Positions 58,227 to 64,000 of a stretch of 64,000 nucleotides of DNA are shown piece after piece. The notes under the pieces are model-generated. The model was given only the letters and a program-made list of their open reading frames with translations. It was not told where the DNA came from and ran no database searches. Both the position numbers and the translations under genes were made by a program. Source of the stretch: Scyliorhinus canicula. Its lineage: Eukaryota. Every line of letters starts with the position of its first letter. Within the stretch, counting starts at the first letter, position 1. The DNA lies in the NCBI RefSeq assembly GCF_902713615.1, contig NC_052158.1:111736540-111800539 (forward strand), written 5' to 3'.

Positions 58227-61200
58227 GTAAGGGTTGTCCTGGAAAGCAAAGATAAACATTGGCAATTGTCTCAAGCACATGAACAGCAAACTACACCTCA
58301 TGGCATTTAAATGTATTTTCCAGCGCACGCATACAGTTTAATGTCATTCCAGTTTCCATTTTAATCTCAATATTTTCAACTTCAATGATACCGGTATTAT
58401 AAAATGATTGATGTTTTGATAACGGAGGTCTTAAACCAATTAAGCTGATGGCAATTGATTATAAACATGAGAAAGAACCGATACTGCTACCAGACAAGGG
58501 AGTTTGGCCTCTACGTTGTTGCAAATATTGGATCGAGCATGTGTTTGTTATATGGTGTAAAAATGACATGTTTTGATGGCATTTAATTGAATTATCCTTT
58601 GTCATTCACTGTGGCCTCTCTATTATCACCTTCATTTGACTAGTGCTATAAGCAATTAAACCTCACTGCATTCAATTATCTTACTTAATTCATGAGTGTG
58701 ATTGTTTTTTTTAACCAGTAACTGTCATTGTTAGCAATTGTTTATACACATAAAAAGATTCCGCAATCTCCATTGCTGACAGATGTTTACGAGGTGCAAT
58801 GTTGATCCCTATTTTCATTGCACAATATCAAAGATGATCAAGGATAGATACTGTAATTGATACCATGACAGATTGACAAGCACTCTGCAACATTTCTGCC
58901 TTAACCCCGCATTGTAAGATGTAGAACTCATTCATCTCAGAGGATAAAACATTCAAAGAATTTCCAAGGTTATGGGGTAACAGGGAAGTGGGACTAGTTG
59001 GATAGCCAGCACAAATGGCCTCCTTATGTGCTGTACTGCATGTAATGTATCCAAGTTTTGTTCACAGTACAAAGCTAGTTGGGTAAGTAAGCTGTGAGGA
59101 AGATACAAAGGGCAGGATTTGCCTTTTGAGCTAGGACCCCCTACCTCAGGATCAAAAGGGGGTCATAAACTTGCACTGTGTCAGGAGCAATCACTTGCCA
59201 TTGATTTTGCCTGAATTGGCCAATTAGTGATCAGAAGGCATACCTACCATCTACTTCGCTGGGGCACCATTGTAATGTGGAAACTGCCATGGAGGTTTTA
59301 ATGTATGATTCATGGGTTGAATTTTACGGGCCGTCTATGGGCAGAGAAACAGGCAGATGAACCCATATATTAGGGTGGAATGCTATCAGTGGCATACCCG
59401 CTGTCAGAACACTGTCCCCACCCCCTCCATGGCGTTACAAATGCCCAGGGAAGCATTGGGTTGCCCAGCTGTGGCCTTATCGAATCTCTTAAGTGGGCGA
59501 TTTAGGGCCTTATCCTGCCGCCACATGAATATAATATGTAGTGAGAGTTGCCTGCACCCAACAGATAGCCCAGTAAGTTTAACCTTGCTGGCTCCTGATC
59601 AGTGAAACGAGAGGGTGCTTCCTTTTTGGGCATCCTGTGTCAATCAGAGGCCCCCTTCCCACAGCTTTTTCTGCCCATATCCATCCTTATCTGTTCAGTA
59701 TGACTCCCAACACCCTCTCACTGGGGGTGCCAACCTGGCCCCCATAATATCTCAGATTTACTTGAATGTCTGGGTCCAGGTCCATTGCTGCCGGCCGATC
59801 TATGAAGCAGGGTATCCTCTTGGAGATCAGTCTTGCCTTATGCTAATTAAAGGACAATCACCTGAAAATTTTAAGTTGGACAAGTCAGTTAAACGGAAGC
59901 AGACTTGCGTCCACAATTTTCTCCAGGGTGTTCAGTTTACTTAGAAACCCGAAACTTTATAATTAGTGGAACCCACTTGTATTAAATTTGATGATAATTG
60001 CCTGTGCAGGCTTTCTGCGCCTGTGTAAGCCAGCACTGACACTGGTGAGCATTCTGGTAGTGCACACACTGATGTCATCATGGGTGGGGGTCAAATGCAC
60101 ATGTGCTGGCAGCACATGAGCACAACAATGCCTACTGATCGGTGTCAAGGATTATTCTCAATTTCCAATGCTGTTTGATCTGATCAGTCTTATAAACTGA
60201 GAAACAAAACGTATCTGTTGCTGCATCTAACAGCAGAACCTGACTTATGAAATTAAACCCATTACATAAAACAGAGGTCAGTCTGCATTCTTGAAGGATG
60301 TACTGTCCTGCTTCCAGGTTCAATGCTGATCATTGGCTAACACAGAGCAAGGGGTGATTTTGCTTGGCAATGTGTCAGCTAATTCAAAGGTGGACTCCCA
60401 TGTGTTTGCACCTCAGATTCTTCTGCATTTAGTATTGAATGCAAAATCACTTCCCAGAGAAACTGCCTCTGTCAATGGAACCTAGCAATATGTTCTGAAT
60501 CATAAGCCAGATTTTCAAGGGCACGCACACATTTTTTTTGCTTGACATCTGAACAAAATCTGGATTCATTTTGAAGAAAAGTCAAACAGCTTTAGATATA
60601 AATTTAAGGACACGAACTTTAAGATCATTCAAAACTGTGCTGATGAAATCTATAGGATTCTCAACACCTCGGGTAGCAATGCACATCTAAGATGACACAT
60701 TTTATCACACGGGAAAGTGCTGGCATGCCTTTTGCAAACATACATTATCGTTAATAACTGCTTGCAAAGCAGTGTTTGAATACACTTGAATCAGATCAAT
60801 AACCTAATCTTCTAAGATTATGGATCAACTGGTTTAGAGAAAAGCATTTTCTGCGCTAGATATGAGATAATTCAGAAGTGTCACTTGATATTAGTTCACC
60901 GGAATGCTACCTGATAAAATCTACCCAAGTCTACCATGGGTACCCAAGGGAGAGAGATCTGAGCTAGTATATCCTTTGAGAAACAGGGACACAGAAACTG
61001 ATTTATACCAATCTTTTAACCTTTAGTCTGCCAAATGTACACATACAGCATAGTTTGTCCAATGTTACTCTCATAAAACTTTCAATGTTCAATTATCTGT
61101 TAGGTGGTCATTGGTTTTGACCTTAAAATGCCACAGCCCTGTAGCATCTGATCTACTCATTCTTGCCATTTTCGGAAAGTTAAATATCAAACAAACATTC

Positions 61201-61489
61201 TGTAATTTTGCCACGATAGCCAAACACATCAAGAAGAAAAGAACACCAACAAATGTAAACAACTTGGAGGAAGAATTAACACATTCAAGTGAGAAGCAAT
61301 ATATTCTTAGTTTGCTGAATTTTTACAGATCTATTTAAATCCAGAGGGAGAGTTGTTATATAGTTGTTTCCACTTCAATATTATTTGTGAAGTGGTCGTC
61401 AAACCAAGAAGTTAATGTGGTGGAAAACTGGATTTGATGCAGAAGAACGTCACAAGATAATTCACAGTCAGGTAACTAAAAAAAAGGAT

Positions 61490-61620
61490 ACCAAGATATA
61501 AAAGGAAATATTAGGACAGATAACCAAAAACTTTTCCAAAAAGGTCTGCTCTAAGGAATGTCCTAAAGGGGGAAGGGAGAGGTGAAGTGTAAAGGACAGA
61601 TGGAGAGGAAAGATATTGGA
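61490..61620 (-). mobile_element. L2-like 3' remnant
   Basis: Similar to 28200-28300. Confidence 0.45.
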
Positions 61621-63339
61621 TTGCATTTGCTTCCTTGAGGTGGGAAAATTCCCAACTCGGCTCTGTTGCCTTGGAAGAAAGTGCCCTCAAAGATGGGTTT
61701 ATTATTGGCAACCCAGTCTAGTATCCTGTTGAAACATTTGTGCCCAGGCAAAACATTCTTTGATCAACAGCTCTGGCTCTCTGACCTATGCTGTCAATTT
61801 CACAGTGTTTGTATTTTTACGCAAGATAAAGATGTTTCAATTGCTACTGGCACTTTAAAGTGTCTGGATGAGTGATACTTCTATAAAACTGTAGTAAAAA
61901 CAAGTTTTTAAAAAAGGATTGCTAGAATTATGAATGACTGTTTTATTTACTTTTTTTGCAATTCCTATTATCAGTATAGGATTCATTGGTTCTGTAGTGT
62001 AGAATGGGTGAATGGGCTTGGCATGGGGGAACATGATGAGTCTTAGGGGATGGGTGGGTGGAGGGGGGGGGGGTGCATGCCTTGGCCTGGAGGCCATGAG
62101 CAACTAGTGGAGGTGGACATACATTTGCACGGGGCCATGAGTGGCCATAGGGAGTGGGGTACATCTTGATTTGTGGGAGGTGGGGGGGAGGGGAGCGCGA
62201 TGATGCTTTGAAAAGCTGTTCTGACTCCATGTAGATTGCGGAGGACTAGGACATGCTTATCCACACAGTGGAGCTAGGTTCGGTGCCAGATTGTGACCGC
62301 AAGCAGATCACACATTTAAAAAGTATTCCTGAAAATTAGAAATCCCAGGAATGGGGTCATGGTTCCCAGAATCAGGCTCCAACTGCCATTTTTAATGGGC
62401 TCCCGATAATCCAGCCTATGACTTTTAAAGTGAACAGACTGGAGGAGCTGAAAGCCCTCCTTCTGTTTCTCTTCTCCAGTACAAGTCATATGGATATGTT
62501 ATGTTGTAACCCATCCCCCATAGTTATTACAAAACGGTTTACTCCCCGACTTGGAGAATACCATTAATTCACTTTATTTATTAATAATCATTTACAAATA
62601 GATTCTGATGTACTGCATATTTTTCTGAGATCAATTTATATTGATATTTCATCTTTTTTGTAGCTTCTTTAAAAGTAATTTGTCTTCTGCCTTCAAGAAT
62701 AAAATTAGGATGAAACAAAATGGGTGGTAAATTGCAGGCATGAAAGACCAAAGCAATTTGGAAGCGATTAAGGTACAAATAGGAAGAAGGGAGAGAGAGA
62801 ATGAGAAAGCGTGAAAGCAAGTCCAAATGGAATGAATTGGATAAAGAAATTATGATAAATGTGTTCCAACAAGACTAAGGGAATAAGGGGAGAGAAAGAT
62901 CAGACTGGGGATTGGGAAAAAAGATGTAACTTTTTTAACTAGCAAGAGAAAGAGCAGAACCTGGGCCTCAACTTCCTTGGAGTGACAATTCCCGTTGGAT
63001 TGCCACGCTGTGCTCTGTATCTTACCTGATTTGGGTTTTTTTCTCAACAATCCAGGCAGTGCAGCATGTCCCCAGGGCTCAATGTCAAAGTGCAGCTGAT
63101 TCATAAGGAAGGAGTCCTTGCCTCTCTTTTATGACATTAGATGTCGCAAACCAGGTAGGTTTTAAGATCCATTAAAATCTAAAGGTCCTTGACAAGCTAG
63201 GGAGAAGGTAAGTGTCTTTAGCATGTGGGTTGGATTTAGGGGGGCGAGAGCGGGGGTGTGGGGGGTGGAATGGGAGGTTGCATGTGATGGGGGAGAAGAT
63301 CGGAGGTCGGGAAACCAAAGATCGCAGAGTGGGAAAAAC

Positions 63340-63627
63340 ACTGTTGCTCCACAGCGCCAGAGACCCGGGTTGAATTTCCGGCTTGGGTCACTGTCTGTGT
63401 GGAGTATGCACATTCTCCCTGTGTCTGTGTGGGTTTCCTCCGGGCGCTCTAGTTTCCTCCCACAAGTCTCGAAAGACATGTTTGTTAGGTGAATTGGACA
63501 TTCTGAAATTTCCATCTGTGTACCCAAACAAGCGCTAGAGTATGGTGACTGAGGAATTTTCACAGTAACTTCATTGCAGTGTTAATGTAAGCCTATTTGT
63601 GACACAAATAAAGAGTGTTATTATTAT
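63340..63627 (+). mobile_element. HE1-related SINE with alternative 3' module
   Basis: CACAGCGCCAGAGACCCGGGTTGAATTTCC..CAGTAACTTCATTGCAGTGTTAATGTAAGCC..AATAAAG..TTATTA. Confidence 0.88.
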
Positions 63628-64000
63628 AAATGGAGGTTGTGTGCGGAAGAGCAGGAAGGAATTGGAGGTAGTACGTAGGGAAGCGAAGGAATGATAGGTC
63701 ATATTCAGGCGGGGAAGGAATCAAAGGTTGCAGTTTATACATTGGGCCAGGGGGTGGGGGACAAGGCTAGGCATCATGTGGAGGGAGCGCTGGTGGTAGA
63801 TAGGGTCAGATCTGGGGGTGTGGTGGGGGGAAGGGTTGTGGGTGAGCATTGGGCCTGGCAAGGTGACAGAATTCATGTGGGGATGGGTGGAATCCCATGG
63901 AGGAGGGGGTAATCCTCTGGAGTTTGGTCAAGGGCTGTACTATAGTTTCCCAGAAATGGTTTTAATCCTTCTAATTCTTTCTGTGTAATTCTGGGTGTAA

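Overview
This is eukaryotic, repeat-dense DNA, most likely from a shark (elasmobranch HE1/V-SINE-type SINEs and their CR1 partners; the organism is inferred). I found no host protein-coding exon, so the window looks intronic or intergenic. It holds a degenerate Mag-like Gypsy with its 3' LTR (1-4281), Harbinger/PIF remnants (transposase, Myb/SANT partner gene, MITEs), a 5'-truncated CR1 (6.4-8.7 kb), many SINEs and Penelope-like (PLE) fragments carrying minimal hammerhead motifs. There is also a 14-kb nested block: an L1-type LINE (36520-50761, minus) sits inside a PLE terminal repeat and contains a SINE, a PLE fragment, an apparently intact full-length CR1 (39344-44239) and a full-length Gypsy (45958-50582). 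Four signals stand out. (1) An in-phase U_UUA_AAC slippery site joins CR1 ORF1 to an ORF2 with no usable AUG, suggesting a -1 frameshift. (2) The same CR1 begins with a 131-bp monomer array carrying CTCF, octamer and E-box motifs. (3) The hammerheads carry a U3:A8 variant core. (4) The full-length Gypsy has a fold-back in place of a tRNA PBS (possible self-priming) and a YLDN RT motif. All coordinates were read by eye; boundaries of old elements are approximate.
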